Positions 39,920 to 51,700 of a DNA stretch of 64,000 nt are shown piece by piece. Each line of letters opens with the position of its first letter. Position 1 is the stretch's first letter. The stretch lies in assembly GCA_030324005.1 (NCBI GenBank), contig JARDVH010000121.1:9546670-9610669 (forward strand), written 5' to 3'. Made by a program: the position numbers and the translations under genes. Under the pieces are notes generated by a model. It ran no database searches. It saw only the letters and a list, made by a program, of their open reading frames with translations, and had not been told where the DNA came from. The DNA is from Negaprion brevirostris (Eukaryota).

Positions 39920-41215
39920 GGCCGACATATTATGATAGGTTTCGGAAATACCGCAATCATCATTTTTTCCAGGAAACTCGTCTCCAAACTCCGTGGCCTG
40001 GGCTCGGCTCCTCCTTCTGCGACTGGATCCTGCGCTTCCAACCTAGAGGCCACAATCAATAATGGTGGGCGACAACACCTCATCCACGATCATTCTCAAC
40101 ACTGGTGCATCACAAGGTTCTGTTCTTAGCCACCTACTATATTTTCTATATATATATATATATATATACTCGGAACGACTGTTCCCCACCAAATTGATTT
40201 TCAAGGTTGCTGAAAACGCCACAGTAGTGAGTCGGATCTCGAAAAAAAGTCACGACAGAGAGTAAATGATTGAGTAGAGAATTTGCTGAATTGATGAGGA
40301 AACAGTACTCCCTCCCTCAATGTCAACAAAAAGAAGGAAATTGTTATCGACTTCAGAAAGTGCAGAAAAGGACATACCCCAATCTACATAAACGGGTTCA
40401 AAGTAGAAAAGGTCGTGACCTTCAAGTTTCTGGTGTCCAGATCACCGGCAATCTTTGCTGCCCCCCCCCCCCCCCCNNNNNNNNNNNNNNNNNNNNNNNN
40501 NNNNNNNNNNNNNNNNNNNNNNNNNNNNNNNNNNNNNNNNNNNNNNNNNNNNNNNNNNNNNNNNNNNNNNNNNNNNAGACACTTACTCATAGAACTCCAA
40601 TAAATTTGTCAGACACAACTTCCCCTTCACGAAACAGTTTAAACATTTTAAATGTTCCTAATTTGTCAGGTGACTAAGGGAATTTGACATGTCAGCCAAG
40701 ACTCTCTCCAACCTTATAACTGCAACATTGAAAACGTTATGTCTGGTGCCATCCTAGCTTGGTATTTTTCCTGCTCTGCCCAAGACCACAGGATAATACT
40801 AAAGTTATCCAATCCATCACATAAACCAGTCTCACATCCATTAGCTATGTTTTAATTATCTGCTGCCTCAGCAAAACAGCCAGCATAATTAAGGACCCAA
40901 TGCACCCCGGATATTGTCTTCTTCTGCAAAAATATATAAAAATCAACCTTCTTCCTTCTGCAAAAAGATACAAAAAATCTGAGATCACGTACCAACTGAC
41001 TCAAGAGCAGCTTCTTCTCTGTTGTCATCAGAGTTTTGAATGGACCTGCCCTGCATTAAGGTCACCTTTATCGCCATTCCAGCTACGATAGCGACACAGC
41101 ATTCTGCACTCTACCATTCACTTCTCAGCGAAACGTATGCTCTGTCTGTATAGTGCGTAAGAATTAATATTGTCACTGTATGACACTGAGTTTGACAATA
41201 ATAAATCTAATTAAA
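39920..41215 (+). mobile_element. Rex1/Babar-like LINE RT fragment with 3' end (spans a gap)
   Basis: SKLRGLG...CDWIL, GDNTSSTIILNTGASQGSVLS.LLY, FKVAENATVV, NVNKK...IDFRK, TFKFL. It ends in caataataaatctaattaaa. Confidence 0.8.
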
Positions 41216-42087
41216 CCAAATAAAAATATCTTAGCACGCAAGTAATTTTATGGAAATCGCTGCACCCTATCGTTCAGTCCATCAGCAAAACTTGTATTGA
41301 TGGATTTTATATAAAGAACTGTATGTTTCCACCAATCTCATGTAAACAAATGCGATAAAACCTTTAATTTTACCTTTGTCAAAACTGACAAAGTATACAA
41401 ATTGACGTTTTGTCTCCTCTTTCCCAATTAGCATGGATCTGTATCTCTGTTCATGTGTCATTAAACATCAATGGTCAATTAAGAGTGGCATTTATGAAAA
41501 AAAATGCGTCATTTTTATCAGTGGGTCTGTACGTTAATGTTGGAAACAGAAGTAGGAAATCAGAAAGAAATAATGAGGATACCTAAGATTAAACTGAAAA
41601 AAAAAAATACACCACCTGCCGTTCATGCGCCTGACAGTTATCTGCATAGTGAACATCATACGCAAAAAAAAAAATGTTGCCCTGCGTAGGCAAGACTTCT
41701 ATCCCTCTTCTTCGAATATTGAATTCCATCTCTCTCGTGAACCGATGTTTTTTTTTTACCAAATGGAGTCAGCAAGTAAATCATTGAAAACTTGAAAAAC
41801 AATATGTGCGACATCCAGCACAATGCACGGAAATATCCGACAACAATAGGTGTAACCGAGGTGCCATTCGCTGCCCGTGTGTCTCAAGAGAGAAATTATG
41901 CTCAGTTTTCATATTTCCGGCCCATATATAACATAGTCACGCAGCAAATTTAAGTTCACATGAGTATAGCTATGCAATCTAAAACCCACACTGATGAAGT
42001 TTACCTTGAATTAAGCGAACGATAATTAGTTTAATGTCTGTATTTTAGAAATGAAATTTGAATCATTGAGCACATTTTTAATGATAG

Positions 42088-44219
42088 ACATTGAGCAATG
42101 GTTAAGAACACCTGGTGACGTATCGTGACGATCTAAGGAAGATGAGCAACCATGAACACCTGAACGCTCCTCGCACGGAAGACCTTCTTCCGGGAAAGAT
42201 CAGCAACACCATGCCTCGACCTGCGTAACAGATAATACTTGGACAGGCTGTCGTCGATTTCGTACCCCTCAAACACGCAACTCTGACATTTTTCACGCCA
42301 ATAGAGCCAAATCTATAGACATTTACTTCTGCAAAACACGACAATATACACATCATTTCGAAGATTATCTCCCTTCCCAAAACAGTGCCTGTAGTGCATC
42401 TGCTTAATGGTTCTATTCGTCAGAAGAGTGTCAAACAAGTGACACACTGTGTACAGATGTTATTCGTTCATCTAACACCTTCTTCTCTCTGTGTTCAGCC
42501 CCAATATATTTTTTTTTCCAAAATCAAGACAATTATATTTTTCAGATAACGCTATGTAGAACTGGGAAGTTTTATTTCGTGTGTCATTGCTTACGTATTT
42601 ATTTATTTAGTACATTTAAGTTCAAGTGCCAGATGACTTAACTCAAACGTTATCCATTTTATCGTTTGAAGTATACACGGTATCCACCAAAAATCATGAT
42701 AATATCATGGAGAATGTTTGAAATCGTGCTCGAGATAGCAACGAGGCCTGAAAATATATTTGGGCCTTCCCTTCCCATGAAAGAAAATCATTGTCAGGTT
42801 GCTACAGAAGTTAAACTTAATTCCATTGCGCTGGGAATCCAGCTCGTACACCTGAAGTGAACATCCACAAAAACTGTTAAGAATGTCTTCATCGGTTGTG
42901 CATGTTGATCAGGAAATGTCACAGTATTCTATGACATGAACAAGGCAACAGCTGCCGTATCCCAATATAATTAAACATCTGAGAAGTATAGGAAACATTG
43001 TAAAGATGGGCCGAAAGCCGGTATGTAAATCTGATTCCACTTTTTGGTAGTAGGGGTATAGTGAGCGAGTTATGTAGATGGGGTAGTAGCATGGCATGTT
43101 AAAATATGAGAATGTAGTGTAGTGTGGGAAAAAACACGCCTGAGGCGATTTGTTGAAAGTCACAAGTGACGGTGTTATCGTTTTAGCTGCTAATTCAATT
43201 CAATTGGTGCGGCTTGCCAGATGTTTACAATCAATCTGGACCAGGTGGTCATGGGTGGCTCAGACAACAGCTGGGATTGTGGACTAGCGGGGCTGGAAGC
43301 AGCCAGCATGTTATGTCGGGGATGACAGATTCTGGTGGCAAGTCAGGCAAGTTGGGAAGAGAAGTTTAAAGAAAGCACACATTATCAAATCAGGACGGGT
43401 GAATGCAGTTGTCCGATGGCCATTGTCCATATTTGCTCCCTAACGTAGTTTCAAGGAACAAACATTTCCGGACTTCTCATCTTTAACACCCTCACAAGCA
43501 AAAACGTAAAAACAAAAAAAAAACAATCGTGAGTTTATATATCCCTTGAATATTGCATAACATTTTTCATTACCCGACCGTATTACCAGCATTTGGGGAA
43601 ACGCAATATAAGAACATAAGAACACAAGAAATAGGAGCAGGAGTACGCCATCTAGCCCTTCGAGCCTGCCCCGCCATTCAATAAGATCATGGCTGATATG
43701 TTGTGGCTCAGTTCCATATTCCCACTCTCTCCCCATAACCCTTAATCCCCTTGCTTATCAAAAACCCATCAACCCGCGTCTTAAAAATACTTAGCGAGGC
43801 ANNNNNNNNNNNNNNNNNNNNNNNNNNNNNNNNNNNNNNNNNNNNNNNNNNNNNNNNNNNNNNNNNNNNNNNNNNNNNNNNNNNNNNNNNNNNNNNNNNN
43901 NTTCCATTTGCCAGTTCCTGGCCCATTCGCCCAGCCTATCGAGCTCCCTCTGCAGACTTTCCACACCCTCCGCACAATTTGCCATTCCACCCATCTTTGT
44001 GTTGCACCAATATTTTGGCAGTGCCAGTATTATTTGGCTCGCAGGACTAAACTGAAAATTTAGATTGCAAATTACGTTACGGTTGACCATATTTTATTTT
44101 CATAATAAACAGATGTTACAGTACTGCTCCTTCAGCCTATTTCAGGGTTGTGCTTATTGTTCTTCGGTTTAATAGATGAACAGAACAATTTATATGAGTC
44201 TACCTATGTTGTGTTGTGA
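42088..44219 (+). pseudogene. Decayed V-C1-(TM)-ITIM receptor gene
   Basis: V from the phase-1 acceptor at 42088 (TPGDVS...ATMN...DRLSS...HATLT..PIEP/DIYFCK); C1-like exon 42672-43020 (PENI...VATEVKLNS..G...IGC, GTATGT donor); open terminal exon 44176-44219, EQNNLYESTYVVL*. Confidence 0.4.
43608..44030 (-). mobile_element. Young CR1 3' part (spans a gap)
   Basis: TKMGG.ANC.E.VESLQRELDRLGEWARNWQME and SLSIFKTRVDGFLISKGIKGYG, plus an intact tail. Confidence 0.93.
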
Positions 44220-45989
44220 CCTTTGGAAATTCATCAAAATCGGTTCAATTGATACTGTCACCATTTTCCGCTCGGCGACCTCTCCACATTTATTTCATTA
44301 CGCAGCTCTTGAATTTAGCAAAAACAAGTTAAAAATATTATTCGTTCTGTGCTCCCCAGTATTTGCAACGCAGTTTTGACCCGTGCATGTTGAATCTATT
44401 TCACGCTGAAGTACAACATCCGAATAATCTCCCTATTCTCGGAAACAGGAAAGAAGAAACTTCAGAAAGAATTAGGTAACACTTTTTAAATCTCATACCC
44501 CATTTATCTCATTTTCCTGATCTGATGAATATACACTGGACATTTTTCTTGAAATTTTTGAAATACGTCACTTTTTTGAAAAGTCAGTGCAAAGGCACAA
44601 TTCGATAAGATAATGACTTTTGATGAAAGGTGACACCGAGGTGCTTTAATATCATTGCAGCTATTGGGAATAAGGAGCCAAACTCCACTTTTCATTTCAA
44701 ATTGTCTTCTTGCAGCGATATTGCATTTCAGCTCTGCCCCAGGACAATTGAGAGGAATTGATCCTGGAATGCAGTCAATGTATTTAAATCTCATTAAGCT
44801 CCATCAGAAGATCCTTTGGTTAACACATTAGCAGTCTAGGCAACGAAGGAATACCTGACGCTTTGAATATCGCCCTTGCAATCTTCAATGTTGCGCTGAT
44901 AATGGCAAGAAAATTTCCTTTCACATAAGGGATTGTAATGGAAGTTCTCAGAAGCAAAGATCCAACCTGTTTCCTATCAAACACAATTGGATTTCATCTG
45001 TGATTCCTCAAAATTTACGACTTTGAACATCAACACCAACCTTAAATTTTAATGGCTGAACTTCATTTTCGCTTGATACAAAAAAAAGAGTGGTTGAAAG
45101 AATAAGAGTAAAGCTTCGTGATAAATATCAATGTTCACAATCCCCCGGAATTTGGTCTGCCTTTCAGCACTGAAGTGATGTTCCTGATGACCACTTGTCT
45201 GTCCATTCACCGTAAACCTTAATTCCATTATTAATAAAAAATGACGCAACTCAGTCTCAGACACAAGGACTCTTCTGCACAGTTCTCTACTGCAAGGGCT
45301 ATGCAAAGTTCATTTTCTTTTTGATAGAATAAATTCCTCCTCACCTCAATAACACATTTGCAATCTTTTTTTCAGAGATAATGCCTTCTGTTTCTCGAAA
45401 ATTCTGCCAAGTCTTCTCAGAATGCGATATGTTTGAATGAAGATCAACATAGCTTCTGTCAAACTTCAAGGAGTCCTAACATGTTTAACCTTTCCTCGTC
45501 AGACAATCGCTGCACATCTCAAATTACCCTGGTATAGCTTCTCTGAACTGCCACCGATAATGCATTATATTTCTTTATATCAGGGGATGATAACAGCCCA
45601 CAATATTACAATGCAGAGCTGCAGATAGATGTCGCCACATTCTTCTTACACCAACCACCTCAATGTAATGGCCAACATTCCAACATGTTATTTGTNNNNN
45701 NNNNNNNNNNNNNNNNNNNNNNNNNNNNNNNNNNNNNNNNNNNNNNNNNNNNNNNNNNNNNNNNNNNNNNNNNNNNNNNNNNNNNNNNNNNNNNNTGGGA
45801 ACATTTTGATGGTTTCCACTCGTTTATACATCCGTCATCGTGAAAGCGTTGCAGGAAATATGACGTTTCTTTCAACTGAAGAGTCATGAGCACACAGGCA
45901 AACAGATACTCTCATACCAGTACTGCTACCCCAAAAAGATCACAGAAGTCTTCCTCCAGCACCGCCCCCCCCCGCCCCCGCCCTCCACT

Positions 45990-46520
45990 CCCCAGTTTCC
46001 ACAGCTGGACTTCCCAATATCAGAGATCGAATTAGTGCCTGAGCTTAATCGCCGAGATCCGTATCTGCAGCTTTGCTCCATTCGCTCAAACAACTCCACC
46101 CAGTCCTACGCTACCCTGTCATCCACAAGTACTAACGGGATGATTGTTGTTTTACGACCCAGAACACTCATGCACCACCTCCCCTTCCGCCCACGTAACT
46201 CGAACATGTCTGATTCGCTGTCCAGCTAACATTATCGATTTGGTCCACACCGAACTCGTTTTAAGCCACACAGAATGCCAACTGGATGAACGCCTGCAAC
46301 AAGTACACACAACCACGCTGCTCACGCAACCACAACAGGCCGATTACCGAAGAGGTCCAAACCTCAATTCAAGCGCCCAAGTTCCGCTTTTCCAGATGAG
46401 TGTCACGTCCCGAAGCTGCCAAGAGTCTCCACAGGCCTCCAACGGCACCACTGGCTGGGCTGAATCCATCATCGCATGCATTAAGTCGTCCATATTCAAT
46501 ACAGTTCAACGCATGTACAT
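45990..46520 (+). mobile_element. Penelope-like element C-terminal (GIY-YIG) remnant in block B; second copy at about 49865-50390
   Basis: A GC-richer island reading LP.MGDRIS...SN...HTECQLDERLQ..., loosely like the PLE motif YIG.T.R.L..R..EH. It is very degraded. Confidence 0.3.
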
Positions 46521-47049
46521 TTCGCTTCATAACTATGTACGGTCAGTGAGGAATCCAAATGAGAAATCAGGAAACTATGGAAGTCTCGAAGCAATCAGTC
46601 ATGTGGCAGTCTCTATGAGCTTTTTAGTTGAGGTAAACTCACACATCCATTGAAGGACACCCACCGAAAATAGATGAAGGATTTGAATAGTATAATTTAA
46701 GTTACAGGAACGAAACAAAATCCATTGGATGTAAATGCCTGGGTGAAATTGCCCTTGGAATTGCGCAATGCTTTTGAACACAAATTTCAAAATAATTCGG
46801 TATTTCCCTTGTTCATTAAGAAAACATAGTTCTGGCTTCAAGTAATTCGATTCCTATATTTGAAAGTGCACTCCCGATTTTGCATTACCAATTCCTGCTC
46901 CAAAATGTGGTGGAAACTGACAAGCACGATAAAATTATAAGAGTTTCAGCACTGTGTCTCTGGTCGTAGCGTGAAAAGTGCCAATAAATAAACAAATATT
47001 AAATATTTGCAAATTTCGTGTAACAGCAGCGTATACCACATCGGATCCA

Positions 47050-47240
47050 ACTGTCATGCAACGTCTCCTGAATATATTCAATGCACTGGCTTCATCCACT
47101 TCCTGTGGTAATGAATTGCACAGGTTGAAGAAATGTCTCCTCATATCCATTCTAAATGGCCTAGCACGAAACATCAGAACATTTCCCCTTGATTTCTTCA
47201 CCTCCACCATCGAGAACGTCGTCCTTGCATCTAGCCTACC
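47050..47240 (-). mobile_element. CR1 ORF2 C-terminal fragment in block B (also 50920-51110 and 52920-53125)
   Basis: SRGN.L.FRGRPFR.EMRRHFF.Q.VVNL.NSLPQEVDEAS.LNIF. Confidence 0.85.
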
Positions 47241-47869
47241 CAGTTATATTAGAATTGCGTTAGTCTTATACGTTTTCTGAGTCGATGAATATTGTAACTC
47301 GATGCGTGCTCACCTTCCTTCCATTCAACTCCTCCTTCCAGGGATTGAAACATTCCTAATCCGCCAATGTGTGCCTGCGCTGAGGACATTTGACAGGAAT
47401 TGACCCTGGAATGCTGTCGATGTGTTTAAATATCATTAAGCTCCATCAGAAGATCCTTTTGGCTCACATATTAGCTCTCTACTCAACGAAGGAATACCTG
47501 TACGCTTTGAATATCGCCCTTGCAATCTTCAATGTTGGGCTGAGAATGGCAAGAAAATTTCCTTTCACATAAGAGACTGTAATGCAGGTTCTCAGAAGCA
47601 AAGATCCAACCTGTTTCCAAACAAACTCAATTGCATTTCATCAGTGATTCCTCAAAATTTGCGACTTTGAACATCAACATCAACCTTAAATTTGAATGGC
47701 CTAACTTCATTTTCGCTTGATACAAAAAAAAGAGTGGTTGGAAGAATAAGAGTAAAGCTTCGCGATAAGTATCAATGTTCATTATCCCGCGGAATGTGAT
47801 CTGCCTTTCAGCACTGAAGTGATGTTCCTGATGACCACATGTCTGTACATTCGCCGTAAACCTTAATTC

Positions 47870-48720
47870 CATTATTAATAGAAAAAGATGCATCTCAGTC
47901 TCATACACAAGGACTCTTCTGCACAGTTCTCTGCTTCAAGAACTTTGAAAAGTTCATTTTGTTTTTGATAGAATAAATTCCTCCTCGCCTGAATAACACA
48001 TTTGCGATCGTTTTTTTCAGAGATAATGCCTTCTGTTTCTCGATAATTCTGCCAAGTCTTTCAAGAATGCGATATGTTTGAATGAAGATCACCTTAGCTT
48101 CTGTCAATTTTCAAGGAGTCCTACCTAACATGTTTAACCTTTCCTAGTCAGACAATGGCTGCACATCTCAGATCACCCTGGTATAGCTTCTCTGAATTGC
48201 CACCAATAATGCATTATATTTCTTTATATCAGGGGTTGATAACAGCACACAATATTACCAATGCAGAGCTGCAGATGGATGTCGCCACATTCTTTTTACA
48301 CCAACCACCTCAATGTAATGGCCAACATTCCAAGATGTTCTTTGTATAGTTGTTGTAGTTGTGTGAAAGCGTTCTGTGGTCCATGCGCAAGTGACCACAA
48401 TTCATTTCGGGTGATATCATTTTGCAGTTTTTCTCGCTCTGAATTTCAGTAATACTCTGTTAGATACCAGTATCTTGTCAAATATCCTGACGCCTCTCAA
48501 ATCTTTCAATGTAGTGCGATTAGTGCTGCAGTACATTCACTTCCTTCCTCCAAATAACTGATATCTGCCAAAACGTTGTTGTTGCGGCGCAGATCAGTGC
48601 ATAAACTCACTGGTAGCATGCCGCAAAATCTGCAAATTGTGGTGTAATCTCATGCGCTGTTGCGAGCACATTTATCAATTTTCGTTCGATGTTAATTAAC
48701 TACGTCTAATACCGTGGGTT
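47870..48720 (-). mobile_element. Decayed CR1 ORF2 fragment in block A (also about 45230-45695 and 51700-52437)
   Basis: The minus strand shows AD..YL-, EKLQ-, GMLA- and GDL..TY.IL..L.R-like coding. Confidence 0.6.
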
Positions 48721-51700
48721 CTTGCAACTTAAACAGCAGTGACCTGACGTTTGGAAGATCAAAGATCAGAACANNNNNNNNNNNNNNNNNNNNNNNNNNN
48801 NNNNNNNNNNNNNNNNNNNNNNNNNNNNNNNNNNNNNNNNNNNNNNNNNNNNNNNNNNNNNNNNNNNNNNNNNATTTGTTCTCCTCCACCATCGAGAACG
48901 TCGTCCTTGCATCGAGCCACACCAAATGCGGATTGCAATATTAACTGCCTGATTTTATTTTTCATAACGAAATGTGAGATGGAGAGAACACTGAACACCT
49001 TGTGGAAGCAAAACATAACTTTAGCCGAACAACACACTCAGTTACAACAGAAAATTGGTAATACAAAATCAAAGGTTAATCTTGCAAATTGTGAACTCTA
49101 AAAATCAGGAATCTAGTGGCCTGAAATCGGAAATTGATGGAGAGGTTTAAATTGATGCACATCTTCTGAATCCCGAACCAAACCAGAACTTTTCTATGAC
49201 ACGTAGAACAGAGAAAACTTAAAGATCAGCTTAAAGAGAAAGGTGAGAACAAAAGAAAAATGACGTGACTAAGGTACTGCATTACCTCCAACAATGCCTT
49301 CTTACAGGACAAACAAACTGATGAACAAGCGTTGAAGTTCCATGATGTGTAATAATCACGGTAACATACTACTTTCTTTAGCATCGAGATAATGAAGAAG
49401 GAAATGAAACAATTCAGTTCTCCGTAATAAAATGCCTATTGATGTTTTGAAAGCCAGCAAGCTGCAGTTGAATGCAAATTAAAAGCTCTCCATATTAGAG
49501 GCTGGCAATAGGGGTGGAAAGGCGAGGAAATTGCCTTTTGTGCGGTTGTGTTCAGCTAGGGCAGTGCAGGTTGCGCTGCTGAACGCCTTCTAAAATTCCC
49601 GAGTGAAACTTGCAATGCAATTTCATTGAAACACGAACTCTAAATTCTGGCTCCAACCAATTGTAACACGACGGAATATTCATTTTTAATGGGAACATTT
49701 AGATGGTTTCCACTCGTTTATACAACAGTCATCGTGAAAGCGTTGCAGAAAATATGACTTATCTTTCAACTGAAGAGTCATGAGTACACAAACAAACAGA
49801 TACTTTCACGTCAGTACTGCTACCCCAAAAAGATCAATGAAATTTCCCCTCCCCCAATCCCCATTTCCACAGCTGGACTTGCCAATATGGGTGATCGAAT
49901 TAGTGCCTGAGCTTAATCGTCGAGATCCGTTTCTGCAGCTTTGCTCCGTTCGCTCAAGCAATTCCATCCAGTCTTCCGCTATCCTGTCGTCCACAAGCAC
50001 GAACGGGATCATTGTTGTTTTACGCCCCAAAACACTCACACACCACCTCGCCTTCCGCCCACCTCACTCGAACATTTCTGATTCGCAGGCCAGCTAACAT
50101 TATCGATTAGGTCCAGACCAAACTAGTTTTAACGCACACAGAATGCCAGCTGGATTTACGCCTGCAACAAGAACGCACAACCACACTGCTCACGCAACCA
50201 CAACAGGCCGAATACCGAAGAGGTCCAAACCTCAATTCAAGCGCCCAAGTTCCGCTTTTCCGGATGATTCTCACGCCCGGAAGCTACCAGGAGTCTCCAC
50301 AAGCCTCCAACGGCACCACTGGCTGGGCTGAAACCATCATCGCATGCATTAAGTCGTCTATATTCAATACAGTTCAACGCATGTGTATTTCGCATCATAT
50401 CGATCGTACTGTCAGTAAGGAATATAAATTAGAAATCAGGAAACTATGGAAGTCTCAAAGCAAACATTCATGTGGCAGTCTTTATGAGCTTTTTAGTTGA
50501 GGTGAACTCACATATCCATTGAAGGAGACCCACCAAAAAAAACCATGAAGGATTAGAACACGATCATTTATCTTCCGGGGATGAAACAGAATTCATTGTA
50601 TGTAAATGCATGGGTGAAAGTCCTCTTGTAACTGCGCAATGCTTTTGAACACAAATATTCAATATAATTCAAAACCTCCCTTGTTTATTGAGAAAACATA
50701 GTTCTGGGTTCCAGTAATTCGATTCCTATATTTCAAAGTACACTCTCGATTTTTCATTACCAATTCCGACTCCAAAATGTGGTGGAAACTGAGAAGCACG
50801 ATAAAATTATGATAGTTTCAGCACGGTTTCTCTGGTACCAGGGCTAAAAGTGGAAACAGATACATAAATATTAAATTTATGCAAATTTCGGCTTACTGCA
50901 GTGAATACCACATCGGATCCAACTGACATGCATCGTCTCCTGAATATATTTAAGACTCTGGCTTCATCCACTTCCTGGGGTAATGAATTGCACAGATTCA
51001 CCATGCTTTGTGAGAAGAAATGTCTCCTCATATCCATTCTAAATGGCCTACCCCGAAACATCAGAACATTTCCCCTAATTTGTTCTCTTCCACTATCGAG
51101 AACGTCGCCCTTGAATATTGTAAGTCGATGCGTCCTTTCCCTCCCTCATTTCAACTCCTCCTTCCAGGGATTGAAACATTCCTATCCGCCAATGTGTGCC
51201 TGCGCTGAGGGCATTTGACAGGAATTGATCCTGGAGTGCAGTCAATGTATTTAAATATCATTAAACTCCATCAGAAGATCCTTTGGCTCACATATTAGCT
51301 GTCGAGGCAACGAAGGAATACCTGTACGCTTTGAATATCGCCCTTGCAATCTTCAATGCTGGGCTGATAATGGCAGAAAATTTCCTTTCACATAAGAGAT
51401 TGTAATGGAAGTTCTCAGAAGCAAAGATCCAACCTGTTTCCTATCAAACTCAAGTGCATTTCATCAGTGATTCCTCAAAATTTGCGGCTTTGAACATCAA
51501 CATCAACCTTAAATTTGAATGGCCGAACTTCATTTTCGCTTGAAACAAAAAAAAAACAGAGTGGCTGAAAGAATAAGAGTAAAGCTTCGTGATAAATATC
51601 AATGTTCATAATCCCCCGGAATGGGGTCTGCCTTTCAGCACTGAAGCGATGTTCCTGATGACCACTTGCCTGTACATTCACCGTAAACTTTAATTCCATT

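Noticed and set aside
42381-42420. AACAGTG after the V-like exon as an RSS heptamer
   Set aside because: The critical CAC is broken and there is no nonamer at 12 or 23 nt.
47498-47612. Possible minus-strand exon in tandem block A (WIFASENLHYSLLCERKFSC...)
   Set aside because: The acceptor is weak, the other two copies have 1-nt indels, and no domain is recognisable.
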